Shown: positions 24,900 to 39,019 of the stretch, in pieces
Numbering within the stretch: the first letter of the stretch is position 1
Layout of the letters: each line of letters begins with the position of its first letter
Source of the DNA: Epiperipatus broadwayi
Lineage: Eukaryota > Animalia > Onychophora
Direction of reading: 5' to 3'
Assembly: GCA_028023455.1 (NCBI GenBank)
Contig: JAQFVV010000001.1
Coordinates: forward strand, 7,192,001-7,256,000
DNA length: 64,000 nucleotides
Notes under the pieces: generated by a model
What the model saw: the letters and a program-made list of their open reading frames with translations, nothing else
Told to the model about the DNA's origin: nothing
Database searches by the model: none
Position numbers and translations under genes: made by a program

Positions 24900-27100
24900 T
24901 GAGAATTAAATATTATTATGTGTGACAATAGTTTCAGATAAGTCATTCATTATAAAAATTTATTGGGTCTTTTTTTTTTTTTGGAATCCAATAGATTTGC
25001 TGTTAAGATTTTTTGATTATGGCCATAACACAAGCACTTTTCCATAATTGTTTTTATTGACATTAAGCACACACTTTGTATCATTATTATCCAAGTCTTC
25101 ATTTATTCTCAGGCATTATGGCAGTGTGACTATGCCTCAGCATAAACAATTCTGGAATGACAATTATTTTCATTCTTTTATATGACAATTCAGAGAGATG
25201 ATGATTGTTCATAATAATGTATTTTGTAACCACTAAAAATTTGTATGATTTTTCTCAAAATAAAAATGGAAGTTTATTAAAAAGGCTAGATGAAAATATT
25301 AATGTCTGAAAATATTGTTTAATTAACATCTGTCTTTTGTAACTAATATACAATGGTGATAAGTATTTTTGATAGATATTGATATAAGAAAATTCCTTCT
25401 GGTATATCATCTCAAGTCATATAAAAACAAAAAAAAAGTTGTTTTTTTCTCATAGTATATGAGAGAGAAAATATTAAGACTTAAGAAATATGCATTTTAT
25501 ATTTTATGTAGAAATATTGATAGAAAAACTTTATGTATAATTTAAGATTTTTTGTTAAGCTGACTATTTTTTCAGCATTAGATAGAGTGGGTTAAACCAG
25601 CATTTACCCTATATGCTCATGCATCCACAAAATATTTTCATTTATACCACCACTGTAATGCAAGAATGTTTATGTATCCATCCATGAATGGCCATTTTGT
25701 GCCACTATGATAATACAATAGCTCATTACGTAAAACAATCACAAATTATAGTTTGAAAACAGATTATTTTGATGAGACATATAGATTTTATTGGAACTAA
25801 CCTCTTAAAGCTTTATTATATGTCATTTTAGTTGTGCTTCTGACTTTCCTTATATTGTGATATATTTAATGTATGGAAACATTTTTTAATATCTTATGTT
25901 TGTTTAGGATATGTTTTGAGATATGAGTAGTCATTCCAAATAGCAGGTGTTGTAATGAGATATATACATTTTGGTCAATATTATAGTATCTGACTCTAAT
26001 TCTATTGAAGTCAATAGAAATGTTTGCTGTAAATTCAGATTTATAAAATGGGAATAATTTTGCCATGTTGCTAAGTCCTTTCTCAAACTGGATTTGGTTA
26101 CTTATTCATGATAATTTTTATTTGATAATCTTTCACAAATTAATATTTACACATTGTTTGATAATAATTGATGAAGTTGTTCCATTTTTCTACCAAAAGG
26201 AAGCAGACTTCTCTCTGCTATTAGAAATGCATATCTTTAAAAGTTATTTTAACAGGGGATGGCCATATTGTAATTGGTTTAGTTTAAAGAATTTTAGAGA
26301 TTGGATAATTTATGTAAATTTTATGTGTTACAGCAATCTTTTTGACAACATAAAAAGAAATTCAAACAGCCCAAGTATAAAAGATATGTTTTTTTTAATA
26401 TATAATTTTATAATTATAATTGATAACTTAGTTTCTAATCCTATGAGTATTTAGGATGATTATAAATTGTAACACATTCCTAATGATATCATAAGTCTTC
26501 AGCACCATTTTCTCAAATTTAAGTTTTATTCAATTTAGACTACAATAAGAATACTTCTTAATTTCTCTCAACTTCCATTATGAGATAACTATCAAAAATG
26601 TATGATTTTGACTGCTTTCAAAAAAGTTTATATATTTTTTGGTTACCTTGTTCTTTACTTTTCTTAATATATATATATTACTTTCTTTACTCTAGTTTAA
26701 TTTTTTTTAAAACTTTTTTACAATTATCTTGAAACATGTTGCATCTTTTACCAACAACAATTGGCTATTTTGTGTTCAAATTGCCTATAATCAAAACAAT
26801 TTTATTTGTTTTTTCTATTGAAATGATCTTGATAATTTTTTTTCTTTCAGAATAAACTTACTACCAGATATGGAGATCTTTTATCTACAACAGCAGATGG
26901 TATGAGAGTTCTTAAATTAATATTTCTGCTTTAAAACTTTTTATAAAACAAACTTCTGTTAAGTAATTGGTGTTAGAGATCATTATCTGATAAACTGATG
27001 AAATGTTACTCCAGTAAAGACTAATCCAAGAAACCACCATACATGCATGTTTAGATCAAAATAGTGCTATGCATATTTAGTGACTTCTTCTCCAAGATTT
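24900..27100 (-). mobile_element. Highly decayed APE-type LINE relic
   Basis: Minus-strand fragments IVLIIGNLNTK (GDFN-like, about 26770-26805) and CA*CQ*KTIMEKCLC (CCHC-like, about 25030-25080); no clear RT core. Confidence 0.3.
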
Positions 27101-28243
27101 TATGGCAAAAATAAAGATGAGAGATAAATCATACAAAATTTTTTCTTAGCATTAGTGTTTATATAACTGGCTCGCCCTGACTAGACAGAAGAGGCACATC
27201 ATCAACTATAAAATTTATCAAAAACATCTCTATATCGTTTCCATATAATAATAGCTACTAAAATTATTTACATTAAACTAGGCTGAGATATTATTTTATA
27301 TAGTGCTATGTTTTTTATGTAATAGTGATATTAGCGCGCATTGGCTTAATTGGATATATATTGCTGTGAAAACAATCTCATCTTCAAACAATATTGGTAA
27401 CAATGGTTCAACTTTATTTTTAATCTCAATATATTTTAGTAACACCGTATGGTATTCTCATTCTGTATTGACTTTTACCTTTACATTAGATATTTTGTTT
27501 TCCAAATTTTAGATTTATTTATAAGTTTACTTCTTTCAAAAAAAAATTTACGCACCTTTTTTTTTGGAGAAAATTCTCTAGCATACAAATAATATACCTT
27601 TTTTTAGTTTTTGTGTTTATTACATCATGTTGATATTTAGTTTATTTGACCAAAACACTCGGCTTTTATATATTTGTGTAGGCAATCCATACGTAATTAA
27701 AGCAATTATATATTCTCAAAAATTTGTACTAAAGAATTTCTTTATAAAATATTCTTTTATTTTATGCAAATTACCAGAGCTATGAATCGGACTGTAAACA
27801 AAGCATTCTTAGCAAGTCAAACGCTTCATAATTTTATAATCTTTTTTTATTAAATGTGTAAAACGCTGTTTGAATATAGAAACATTAATAATATTAAACA
27901 AAAAATGCAAGCACTGAGGAATATAATCAAAGTCTATACACAAACCTAAATAAGCCTATTTATATAAAACAAAGTATACATTTTACATTATTAGCTCATA
28001 ATTTTAACAAAAACTTTAATAATAGAGTGTGACCTATATATTTTTTTCAGATTGCTTTTAGATTTCAGAGAACATATAATCTAGAAGAATGCGTTCAAAT
28101 CTTTAAGATTTGAATTTTTTTTAAATTCTTAGATCTCTTAAAAATAAATCATCAGACATTTAGCAACAATGATATTATTGGGTTCTCCATTCCTAATCAT
28201 CAGTGATCTTTAGAGAAATGATTGGTAGTGAGTTGCTCTGCAT

Positions 28244-28305
28244 GGAGTAGTACAGTTGGTATAGCATCTGACTTAGGATTAGGATGTCCCAAGATTGATT
28301 TTAAT
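28244..28305 (+). mobile_element. Eroded tRNA-derived SINE head
   Basis: TAGTACAGTTGGTATAGCATCTGACT A-box/D-arm-like sequence; B box not preserved. Confidence 0.3.
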
Positions 28306-29730
28306 GCTCCCAGATCTGTCACTCAAACTTTTTATGAACATCTGGGCAATAAAGCCATATGGGTTTTTTAAAATTCTACATTTTTATTAATCAAAAATAA
28401 CACTCATCTAGCAATTACTAATAACACAGTAATTTAAATATAGGATAGATAGAGGAGATAGTAAATTGTGTTTAAATTTATATGAGACTTTAAGGTATTA
28501 AAATTAAAAATGTTTTTGTAAACTTACAATAAAAAATTAAGCACCACCATTGGACTAATATAAACGAATAGACAAATGCCCATCAATTGGCAGCCAATAA
28601 AGAGAAAAATAAAATTGTATAAAGATTATAATTAAGGGACATAAAATGAAAGGTGTGAGAATCACTATTCTATGTATCAACTTCTCTATTTATTTTTCAT
28701 TATAGTCTATTTATCAATGTATATAAGATTACAAAAGAAGAATTTAAAAAATAATACAATACACAATCTTCAGTTTCTTCAAAGACTAATTTTGTGGTCA
28801 AAGTAATAAAAAAATCATCAGTGGGTTTGGTGATGATAATGATAATTTATTATTAGAAATATTAAACTGGAATATTGATAGTAGAACCTAAATAAGATTT
28901 TTTAAAATCTAATAAAACAATTTTAATTCCATTTATGTATTGCTTCAAGGTAGAATTAGAAACAATAGTGAAAGTGTAGATGCGCATCCTAGATCGATAG
29001 ATTTGGATTTATTTAGTTAGTTTATAGATTTGTTTATATCAGCTTAACTATTAACAAAATATCATAAAACAATCTCTACAGATTCAAATCAGGAAGTAGA
29101 TTTAGCAGTGGTTTTATTAAATCCTTCAATCTTAACATTAAAACCATAGATTTGGCATTCATTAACTATGTGATTGTGTGTGCCCATATATATATATATA
29201 TATATCAATTATAAAACAGGTTAGCTGCAAGGACCTTGGGTTATCTTGAATCTATGGAAGATCAAATCCAATTAGTTTTATGATTATATATATATATATA
29301 TTGGAACATTATAAGGTTTCCATTTTTATTTCACAACAGAAATGTATCTGGCTTATGGAAAGGCTGTTGTTTTTGTAATAGTTTTTTTTTAATTGGCTGC
29401 TTTAACAAATTTCAATCATGCATGGTATTACTGTGAAGCCACAAACTATGTGATATCAAACTACACAACTTCACTTACATACTAACCAAAAAATAAATGT
29501 AAATACAATACTAAAGTATTTATTTTTTCCTCACTAAATTTTATCTTTCAAACATGAATTTGTGTACTGTAATCCCATTTTCTTCACGATTTTAATACTA
29601 TACCTATTCAGTTCAGTATTGTTGTTAAAAGCGTGCATTGATATTTTCTGAGTATTTTTTTTTCAAAAAGTTTTAATCCATATGCCTTTGGTAAAATACC
29701 ATTTTTTTTTTTAATTGATAAGTTTAACAA

Positions 29731-32450
29731 TTTTTTTTTTTTTTGCTTTGCAGAATTACTTACTGGAAAATGTACCAGGTCTATAGAAAGAAGAAATTAC
29801 TTCCTTTGCATAAATTGTTTTGTAAAAAAATTATGATTTATTAATAGTGGAACAAATAATAAATTTTTTTCTTTGAACAATATACCCTCTAACAAAGAAA
29901 TCACATAGCAGTGTTATAGACAAACATTTAGAAATACTTAGATTGTCAATTCATACTTTGATCATCTAAAAAAACCCTCTTGATTTGAAATAAGGCTTAC
30001 GGTGATCCTATATCTTGAATTAATGTCATGGCCAATCTGCTTAATAGCATCTTATATATTTTCTGTGAATATCTGATAGAATATGTTAAAGCAGAAAGCC
30101 ACTGCAAAGGAATATATGTGAGTGTACCAGTAATATTTTCTCACAGTAATATTTAATTGAGTATCCAAACATTTAGTGTGGAAACTTTTTTCCAAATGGG
30201 AGTACAGTATTTACCAGAAGAATTTACTACTACTAAGGAAGATGTCTGTAAAGTATTTGTATTACAATCTCAAGTAGTGGCAATTAGATTATTCCTAGAA
30301 ATTAATTTTGATCTAACTTTAGCTAAATGAAAAAAATAAGTTAGACAATGATCCAAAGTTACTTTTAAATAGTATGAGATAGAATTGAGTGTCAATATAT
30401 TATTGCTAAAGGCTATATTCATATTATAAGATATTTAGATGAAAACTTGAGCACACTGTCTTCATTGGATTAAGAACAACACTAGTCTTTGAAAAGGATT
30501 TCTAATCATTTCATACTACTATTGACAGACTTTTTATATTTCAGGGATATATCTCTTGAAAATCAAAGCAATATTAGTATAAATGAATTTCTGCTTTATA
30601 TTTTAAAAAACAAATAAACTGATGAACATATTAAGATAAAATCTAAATCTATGGAAGTCTGTCTTGTAAAATTTATGATTATCATTTAGAGTCACTTGAA
30701 TTTCCCAGTTAAAGAACATTTTGTCAAGTAAATTAATGATTTTTATGCATTTAAAAATTTTGGAAACTTTTAGGAAAAAACACTTTTCTGAACAGAATTT
30801 TAAATTAAGATTAGATCAATAAAGGTAGTACTAATTTTTAATTTATCTTGAAAACATTTTCAGTATGAATTATTAAATATTTCCTGGTATAAACTTAATC
30901 TGCTCAAAAGTTAAATCACATTCAACTAGTTGACAAAATTTTTGTTAATAAGATTCTTTCAAAAAGCTTATAGGAAACACAAAAAAAATTATATTGGGTG
31001 ATAATTTTTTGATTCATGTCTAGTATATTTGATTTTAAAACTGCTATAGTTTTTCCTGTATTTTAATGTTACTGAATAGTATGGACAACGATGCTTTAGA
31101 TCCTCTATTATAAGTATGTTATCTGCTTTTAAGGTTTTTCCTGGTTTAACATAATCAAAGGCAAGTTAAAGAATCATGAACATCTATGGATTTTATCAAT
31201 GTGATCTTAGTGAAACATTGTGAAAGAGAAGCATGCAATTGTATTCTATTGATATTTTTACTCAATCTATAAATTTTGATAAGTCTGACATGTAAAATTA
31301 GCAACTTCATTAGCAGTTTACATCCACCAAATTTCATAAAAGTATCTAGGTCTTAAAAGTAAATCTTGTAAAGTTTTGCTCCTCCATAATCTCTCTCTAC
31401 TTTTTTCTTCTGGCATCATACAATGCTGTTATAAGTTTGTTAGCAATTTCTGAATTATTGGAGACCACTGATAATTTTGTTCCAATTTGAATTAAATTGT
31501 TTTTGATATCCTGATATGCTTGACAAATAAATTATCTGAAAGCTGTCATTATGAATTTGTGAAGTCTATTATAACAAGAAGAAATTAGAGAAGTTCCTAT
31601 TAATATTCTTTTCCGAGATATTGATTCCAGTTAATTTTCATTAAATTACAACTTGGAATAAGTTAACTTTTAATTATAAAAGTGTGGGCATGGTTTATTC
31701 TAACTATTGGGAAATGTTTCAATAATTGTAGTTCAATATGTAATGGTAAAACATTCTTTGTTGAAACAAAACATAGATTATGAGTTGTTTCTAATCCCCT
31801 TCTGTCTGAATGGAATGTTTCTCCTTGTTTGGCATAATAAAGTAAACACATATTTAATTCTATCCATGCTAAAAGTTAATAACTTACTTAATTTCAATTA
31901 TATATCATAAAAATTACTATGAGAATTGAAATCTACATATACAGAAGATAAAAGAAAATCTGAAAAAGGAGAGTAGGGACAGTTTATATTGGGAAATTTG
32001 TAAACATTATATAAATAAAAGTATCTACCTGAATTATAATTGCAATTTTATTTCAATTATCTTCAATGGAATTTGTTTAATTTACAATATGATTTGAAAT
32101 AAAAATAGCCAGAAAATTTTAAGAATATATGCAATATGAAAAGAATGATTAGTCTCATGAAGTAGAATTATATGAATGTTGTGCTAAACAATTAATTTAT
32201 AGAGAATCTCCACTTTTGATTTTAATATACCTTCAATATTAAATTAGAGTAATTTTATTGTTTCCTAGAGGAAGAGAAGATTACTCTGTATAGGATCTAT
32301 CTGACATTCAAAATGTTTCATTATTGCCAACACTTTGCAGTCATTTTTCATTTTGAAAGCCTAGGATTCTCACATGACATATGGTAAACTTTTCATGGCT
32401 CATCCTGAAAATATTATACATTAGCATATAAAACAAACAACATCCACATA
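29731..32450 (-). mobile_element. Ingi/RTE-X-type LINE, decayed, with A-tail
   Basis: Minus strand: WIELNMCLLYYAKQGETFHS...LCFVS (APE end, ORF 31663-31851), NYHPI..CVSYKLFERILL, TTFIDL, KFIYTNIAL (YADD position), LNPMKTVCSSFHL and DTQLN..ITGTLTYIPLQWL; T-run 29731-29744 read as poly(A). The clade call is inferred. Confidence 0.75.
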
Positions 32451-32519
32451 GAAAGCAGACTTCATTTTGAAGAACTCCTGATTAAAGACTATAAATAATG
32501 ATATAATACAATAAAACTA

Positions 32520-33248
32520 TTAATGTATATACTGATAAGCATCACATGATCACTATTTCTTATACTTGCTTATAATTGTTATTAAAAAGGCAAAACTCTC
32601 TATACGTATTACCACTTAATGCAAGCCAGAATAATCAATGGATGCAAGAAGGCTTGTGCATAAAATCCCCATCTAGTGGCTACTTATCCAACATCCTCAG
32701 ACTAGTTTCTGGCTTGTGGCCTTTGTTAGTGAGAAGCTTTGGATCTGAGAGGACTGCACCTAGATCTTAGGATCTTTGCCTGTTTTAATAACGGTTATAA
32801 GCAAGCATAAGAAATGGTGATCATGTGATATTTATTGGCTTAAAACCAATCCTGCCTAATAGGATAGTGATAGCCATGGTTATTAAAGAACCAAAGTCAC
32901 CAAAATATATGAGTACTGAACTGAATTCAGATCTATATGACTATATAAGCATGGATTGAAAAATATTATAGTGTTTTCAATTTAAGACTCATAGTTTTGT
33001 AGTTAAGCATAAATAAAAGATGGCTGCTGGAGGGTTGCATTAGATCCTAAGATCTAGGTGCAGTGCTCTCAAACCCAAGGCTTCTCACTGACGAAGGCCA
33101 CAAGCTAGAAATTTGTCTGGGGATGTTGGATGAGTAGGCACTAAATGGGGATTTTATGCACAAACCTTCTGGCATCTATTGATTACTCTGGCTTGTATTG
33201 AGTAGCAATACGTATAGAGAGTTTTGTCTGTTTTAATGTATATACTGA
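32520..33248. mobile_element. TSD-bounded double fold-back with hammerhead cores
   Basis: Perfect 16-bp TSD ttaatgtatatactga at 32520-32535 and 33233-33248; about 32536-32595 is inverted with 32777-32835, and about 32580-32775 is inverted with 33040-33232. Confidence 0.85.
33084..33121 (+). ncRNA. Minimal type I hammerhead (inverted copy 32696-32733)
   Basis: The plus copy keeps CTCA-CTGACGA-A-GGC(CACAA)GCT-A-GAAA..GTC-TGGG, and the minus copy keeps GCC-A-GAAAC-TA-GTC-TGAG. The consensus has stem I CUCA/UGAG, palindrome ACUAGU and a GUC triplet. Confidence 0.72.
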
Positions 33249-33529
33249 AAGTATTTAGATTAGATTATAGAAGTTATAGAATTAACACTGTTTTTGTAAA
33301 ATTGAGTGAATCAAAAATATGGGCACTAAGAAATTGGTAGTTAGATATTTAACTTTTTTATTTTAAAATTTTCTCTATATAAATATTTTTTTAAAAAATA
33401 TGTAATGATAGACATAATTCATATAAAAAGTAATATGTATAAAATATTTTTTTATAAAAATCTTTTAAATTACTACTTTGGTATATAATGGTATAAAAAA
33501 CAAAACTGAAAAGTATTGATGTATTAGAA

Positions 33530-34012
33530 TGTTAAACAATGAATGGAGACACAAAGCTGATGAAAATAATAAAAGAAAGTTTTATAATAAATGTGTTTTA
33601 CCAACTCTTACTTATAGATTTGAAAAATACTTAAAAGAAGAACAATACAGAGACTTCATTCTACTCAACAAGTAAAGAGGTATGTATGTTGGAGTAATAA
33701 GAAGGCACTAAAAATGAAATACATGGGTGAGAGAATGAAATATTACTGAAATCATTGAAAAAAATTAAAAGACTAAAATGGAATTGGACTGGATATATTG
33801 TTAGAAGAGATGATGATAGAAGGACAGTTGAAATTTGATTTCAAAAAATTGTGAAAGACTTAAAAAGAGACCATGTGTGAGATGGATGGATGAAATAAGG
33901 AAATATGCTGGAGTAATATGAAGAAGAGAGGCTAGAGCAGAGAAACTGGATTAGGGACTTGGAGATATTTTCATCCTGCACTAAATATATATACTTTGAA
34001 AATGATGATGAA
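33530..34012 (+). mobile_element. RTE LINE 3' fragment, old
   Basis: Homologous to the 3' ends of the other RTE copies (aaaagactaaaatggaattggactggatatattgttagaagagatgat...); ends in gatgatga. Confidence 0.8.
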
Positions 34013-34199
34013 AAAACTTATATACAAATTAAAAGATTTACTCAAAAAGGTATTAGGTACAATTCATAAAGTATTTGAATCAAATATGTATATGCTGTTG
34101 TAGTGGAAGTTGAGATTATGAATCAGAATCTTCTTCAATTCTGATTGGATAAAATATTGTTTAAATATATGAATTGATTAGCAATAAGTATATATATAT

Positions 34200-34300
34200 T
34201 TTTCTCATGTGTAATAGCATCAGCGGGGAAGTGAACCCGCTAACCCGGGACAACTGCTTGAAAAGCAGCTGTCACTGACTTCTCGAAGTATATTGTGAAC
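34200..34300 (-). mobile_element. Older relative of the short tRNA-derived SINE
   Basis: T-arm GCGGG-TTCACTTC-CCCGC, anticodon-like hairpin GCTGC-TTTTCAA-GCAGT, and the same 3' motif gatgctat..catg followed by A-rich sequence as 22402-22512. Confidence 0.55.
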
Positions 34301-35919
34301 ACATTTTACAATATTGTCATAATTTAGTTATTTTTGTTTGTTTTTTGATGTTTTTTTTTTCATTTATGTCATACTTCAGATGTTAAATATATGTATTATA
34401 TTGGCCCCTTAATTTCTGGTTTTCAAGTTTATTGACATGATTTCTATTGGTTACATTTTTTTTTAAATTCTATTTTACCATTCGTTGTTATCTAACAGTT
34501 TATAAACATTTAATTTACTTATTTTATTCAATTAAAATAAAAAATACTGTATTAGACAATATTTTATATAAAGTTTATCCACCTAATCAGTCAATTGTTG
34601 ATTAATAAATGAATATGTAAATATTATTAAATAGATAATAAATTAGTAAATGTCTACCCAAGGAGCTATGTTTTTTCATTTAGTTTCTCTCCAAAGGGGT
34701 ACTAGAATTGAATTTTGCTTTGTGGTGGCATATGTAAAGCCATTTTACATTGCTGTAGTATCAAGATTTTCTCCAAATTAATAAGAAAAAAAAATTATAC
34801 GTATAAAATTCAAATAAAAATTAGATATACAATTTTTTCTTATCAATTATCAAATAGACTTTATTGATTTAAAATATCAGATTGTTTTATGCTGTGATTA
34901 AGTAATAAATATTGATAAAGGTAGAAATAGTTTTCTACTATAACATTTCTAATACAAACATTTTATAAATTATGAGTGAATATGTAAAAATTAAAAATCA
35001 TTTTTTGTTACATCCCATAATTTCTTCACATTAATTTGAGGGATAAAAAAAATTATTTTAAAACTAAGTGTATATTTTGAACAAACAGAAATATATAAAC
35101 CTGTTGAAGGGTTTATTAGTGTGAATTTTATATTTAAAAAAATCTTCGAAAATGCTTTCTTAAGTCAGTTGCAGTTGGTGAGAAAAGTTTATAAAATCAG
35201 AATGCTCCTATTATATACAGAATTAAAATAAGACTATAATAAGTAGCAAATAGATTTTTCGCACCAATAACAGGAGAAAAATGTAAAAATAAATAATTTT
35301 TTAATATGCATAATATTTGTATTTTTGATTGTAAAAAATACATATTTTCACGAATGCAATATTTACTTTGCTAAACGCATATGTATTTATGATATAGCTT
35401 TAATTTTACTATATTATTTTAACCCACAAAAGTTAAAATATTTACTTTTCGAGTTATCTATATAAAAGCTTGTGAATAAATATGATCTATCTGGAAAAGG
35501 ATACAAGATGCATAAGTAAGATAAACTATATTTTATTAAAGATACTTTAAAGGCAGCAGTATATTTTTTAGCCTACTAACTCCCAAGTACAACATTACAT
35601 ACTTATTTAGTTTTAGTTTGTAAGTCTTACATCGTTTGAGTTAAGTCAAAGACAGAAATTAGTATTAAATGGGAAAATTTAACGTTTTTCTGTTTTTTTT
35701 TTTTCATGTTATTTCAGTTTTAAGCATGAGGGATCATCATATAAAAGTGTAACTAGTTTATTTTAATGCCAGCTTTCTCTTTAGTCTGATAATTAGTTTG
35801 TTTTTTTTTAAATCAATTTTTCCAAGTTCTGCTGTTAGCTGGATATGAGTTTGTTGAACAAAAGCAATATATTCATTTATTCTTGGTGAGGGCTCTTTAT
35901 TTACGATGTAGTCTTGGAG

Positions 35920-36058
35920 ATATCTTGTATAAACCACTAAACATCACATGATCCTCATTTCTTATGCTTGATCATAACTGTTATTAAAATAGGCAAAACT
36001 GCTTGCACTGAGAGGCACTATTGTATGGATAATTTTGTCTGTTTTAATATCTTGTATA
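35920..36058. mobile_element. 115-bp truncated member of the 32520 family with 12-bp TSD
   Basis: acatcacatgatc..cttatgcttg..ttattaaaataggcaaaact matches about 32540-32600; TSD atatcttgtata at 35920-35931 and 36047-36058. Confidence 0.8.
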
Positions 36059-36099
36059 CATTGAATTTCTGTATCTTCTTTGATTTCTAGTATTGCTGT

Positions 36100-37650
36100 T
36101 AGAGTTGAACTTTTTCTGGAATAGTATTCACTTTGTTGCTTACAGGATCAGTATTTCTGATGGGTTCTTTTGAGTTAGTTTTATCAATTATAAAGTTTAT
36201 CCATAGTTAATCTTTTCCTATGATAAAGTTTTCTGACAATAGCTTTTACAATGAAGGTTTGAATCCCTATTTGCACACAGTGATAGTAGAAACCCATTTC
36301 ACATTTATATATAAACTTTGATATCTATATTAAACAATTTAATTTTGAGCTATTGGTAAGACAGATAACAAGAATCTACAGTCACCATTTATTTTATTTG
36401 TATATGGCCTGTTCATTTAATATAAAAGATTTTTTTAAATCAAAGACTTCTAGATAAATTTTTTTATGATTTATTATTTTGCTGACCTCTCTTACATAGT
36501 TGAAGTCCTCTTGATCAAAACAATCAGCTGATTATTTTATTATTTAGCAGCAGTTTATATAAATTTGTCTATTAATTCTGATCAACTTTTTTTAGATGTA
36601 ATAGAAACTTCTGATTCTAAATTCAGTTCTATTACAAATTATTTTATTTATGATGATTTATTTTTTAAAGACTGATTGTGAATTCAGCCTCTGTAACTGA
36701 TTTAGATTGCATTTGTTTTGCCAGAATGATATGTATATGTGAGCAATTTTTTGTGAATGCTTAGGGTTTATAAGTGTAATTATTGACTAAGATGTGATAA
36801 AGATTTGAATTGTGATCCAGTTTTGGGTCCAAAACTAGTCTTATTAATCTCTCCTTTCTTTAGTAGCATAACCTGAGTAAATGTTCACTGTGTTAGGAAT
36901 ACTTGAGCAGTTACAGAGTTGAAACAGTTTGACTCATAAAATGATTTTTTATATCATAAATGAAATAATTCTTCAGATGACTGTTTGGAATCTTTTTGAA
37001 TTCCCAGATCAATGCTAAATTTCTGAGCTTCAGGGCATATCACGTTTTCATCATTCCTCTCCTTGCACAAGTTAAAATAATATCTTTGTATTATCTTCAG
37101 AGATTTAGGGAAGAAATATGTTAAAAAGGGATAAATTATTGTCTGTTTAATTGATAGTTTAGAAAGATGTGTTGGAATAGACTGAAACAACCAGTTTGTT
37201 TGTTGCAGAACAATTTTTATATTTTTAATTATTTAGTGTGCTTTTAACAAGGAATTTTAATCTACTCAATACATACAATAATTTTCTGGTGAATTTAAAA
37301 TCAATATTTTCCAGAAAATCACTTTAATAATTTTAAGTTTCTAGTTGAAATCTAGTTGACAGTGTCTTGCCATGAGATTTTATATTCCCCTTCTTGGCAA
37401 TAAATATTTTTTTCTTATATCTACATCATGATTCCAGTATAAATTAGATATTAGATATTCTAAGTTGATAGCACAAATGTGTTATGTCTAAGAATAGATT
37501 GAAGAACTATATGTAAGTAACTGTGACTATATTTTATTAAACAACAATAACAAGATTTAGATACGCAGCAATGGAGGTGCATTATATTTCTAAGATTGGC
37601 AAATTTAATCTTACAAGTTTGTTCAGTTTTAACATATAGTATTCCCACAA
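36100..37650 (-). mobile_element. Possible highly decayed LINE RT relic
   Basis: Minus-strand FFNLFLDI (about 37490) and DLGIQKDSK (ORF 36954-37190) resemble conserved post-QG and post-YADD RT segments. Confidence 0.3.
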
Positions 37651-38046
37651 TTGAGTTTAACTAAAAAGTCTTTAGCAAAAGGCCCAAAACAGCAGTTTTT
37701 GATGTACTTATTTTTTTGTTTCAAATGCCATGTCTCATGATCCAAGCATAATAAACTCTTGATTCATTATTTTTTAAGAGAGCACAAATGCATACAAAGA
37801 CTAAAATGGAATTTTATTTAAAAATAGACAAGAATAATTTAAGAATTAAATTGTACGTGGAAAATAGAACTTAATCATTAGCCTTAAGCACAATTTAAAA
37901 TGTCTTCAAACAATTATTAAAAAAATATGTGTGTTTATAATAGTAAGTTATATTTTCTCTAATTAATAATTACAATTAAGTATTTTTTGTTTTTACATAT
38001 AAGGAGAAATTAAAACCATATTTATAATATAGTATTATATAATTTT

Positions 38047-39019
38047 AATAGTAATCAGAAAATAATAAATTCTTTACAACAACTATATAAATATCAAAAT
38101 TTTTTATACATTAAAAGACCTTTTCAGCACCTGATTTGGTGCCCTTTTCAAATGTTAATAATCTATTACATTAACAAACTATTTCAGACATAAAATCATC
38201 TAGTGTTAATAATGAAATTAAAACAAACAATACCAATAGAAATCATTAAAATAAATCAAAACCCATATATATAAATCCAGTAATTACAAAATAATTGACT
38301 ATGCCATAACAATACAATAAATAAAATAAATTACGTGCATTTTTTCTTTTTTACAATTATATATATGCCAATTTATATAATTTTCCATTCATATTTAATT
38401 GACCAATTATTAACCAAATTTATAGAGGTAAGAGCCAAAGAACATACTAATGCAATTAATAGAAAAGATGATAAATCTGCATTATACATTCATTACTTGA
38501 AATATGGGCATAGAATAAATGCTACAAAAACTATTAAATGTTTAAATTACATCAAAAATCCACAAAGATGACAAATATATGAAACTTATTATATTAAAAA
38601 TAATTTAAATAATTGTATGAATATTTACAAGACTTCTATAAATTTGGTTAATAATTGGTTAATTAAAAATGAATGGAAAATTATATAAATTGACATATAT
38701 ATATAATTGTAAAAAAGAAAAAAATGCATGTAATTTATTTTATTTATTGTATTATTATGATATAGTCAATTATTTTGTAATTACTGGATTTATATATGTA
38801 GGTTTTTGATTTATTTTAATGATTTATATTGGTATTGTTTGTTTTAATTTCATTATTGAATACTAGCTGGTTTTATGTCTGAAATAGTTTGTTAATGTAA
38901 TAGATTATTAACATTTGAAAAGGGAACCAAATCAGGTGCTGAAAAAGGCTTTTAATGTGTAAAAAATTTTGATGTTTATGTAGCTGTTGTAAAGAATTTA
39001 TTATTTTCTGATTATTATT
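38047..39019. mobile_element. 5'-truncated PLE: GIY-YIG C-terminus between inverted pseudo-LTRs
   Basis: Inverted arms about 38047-38362 and 38697-39019; the spacer encodes VRAKEHTNAINRKDDKSALYIHYLKYGH...YETYYIK, typical of the PLE endonuclease tail. Confidence 0.82.
38911..38952 (+). ncRNA. Hammerhead-like motif with U3-A8 core variant (inverted copy 38114-38154)
   Basis: TTGAAAA-G-GGCACC(AAATCA)GGTGCT-GAAA-AG-GTC, taken from the better-preserved minus copy; stem I not closed. Confidence 0.42.

Noticed and set aside
10684-34300. Functional tRNA genes at 10684, 13249, 22402, 28244 and 34200
   Set aside because: None forms a complete cloverleaf with a paired anticodon stem and proper boxes; their contexts are TE-like.
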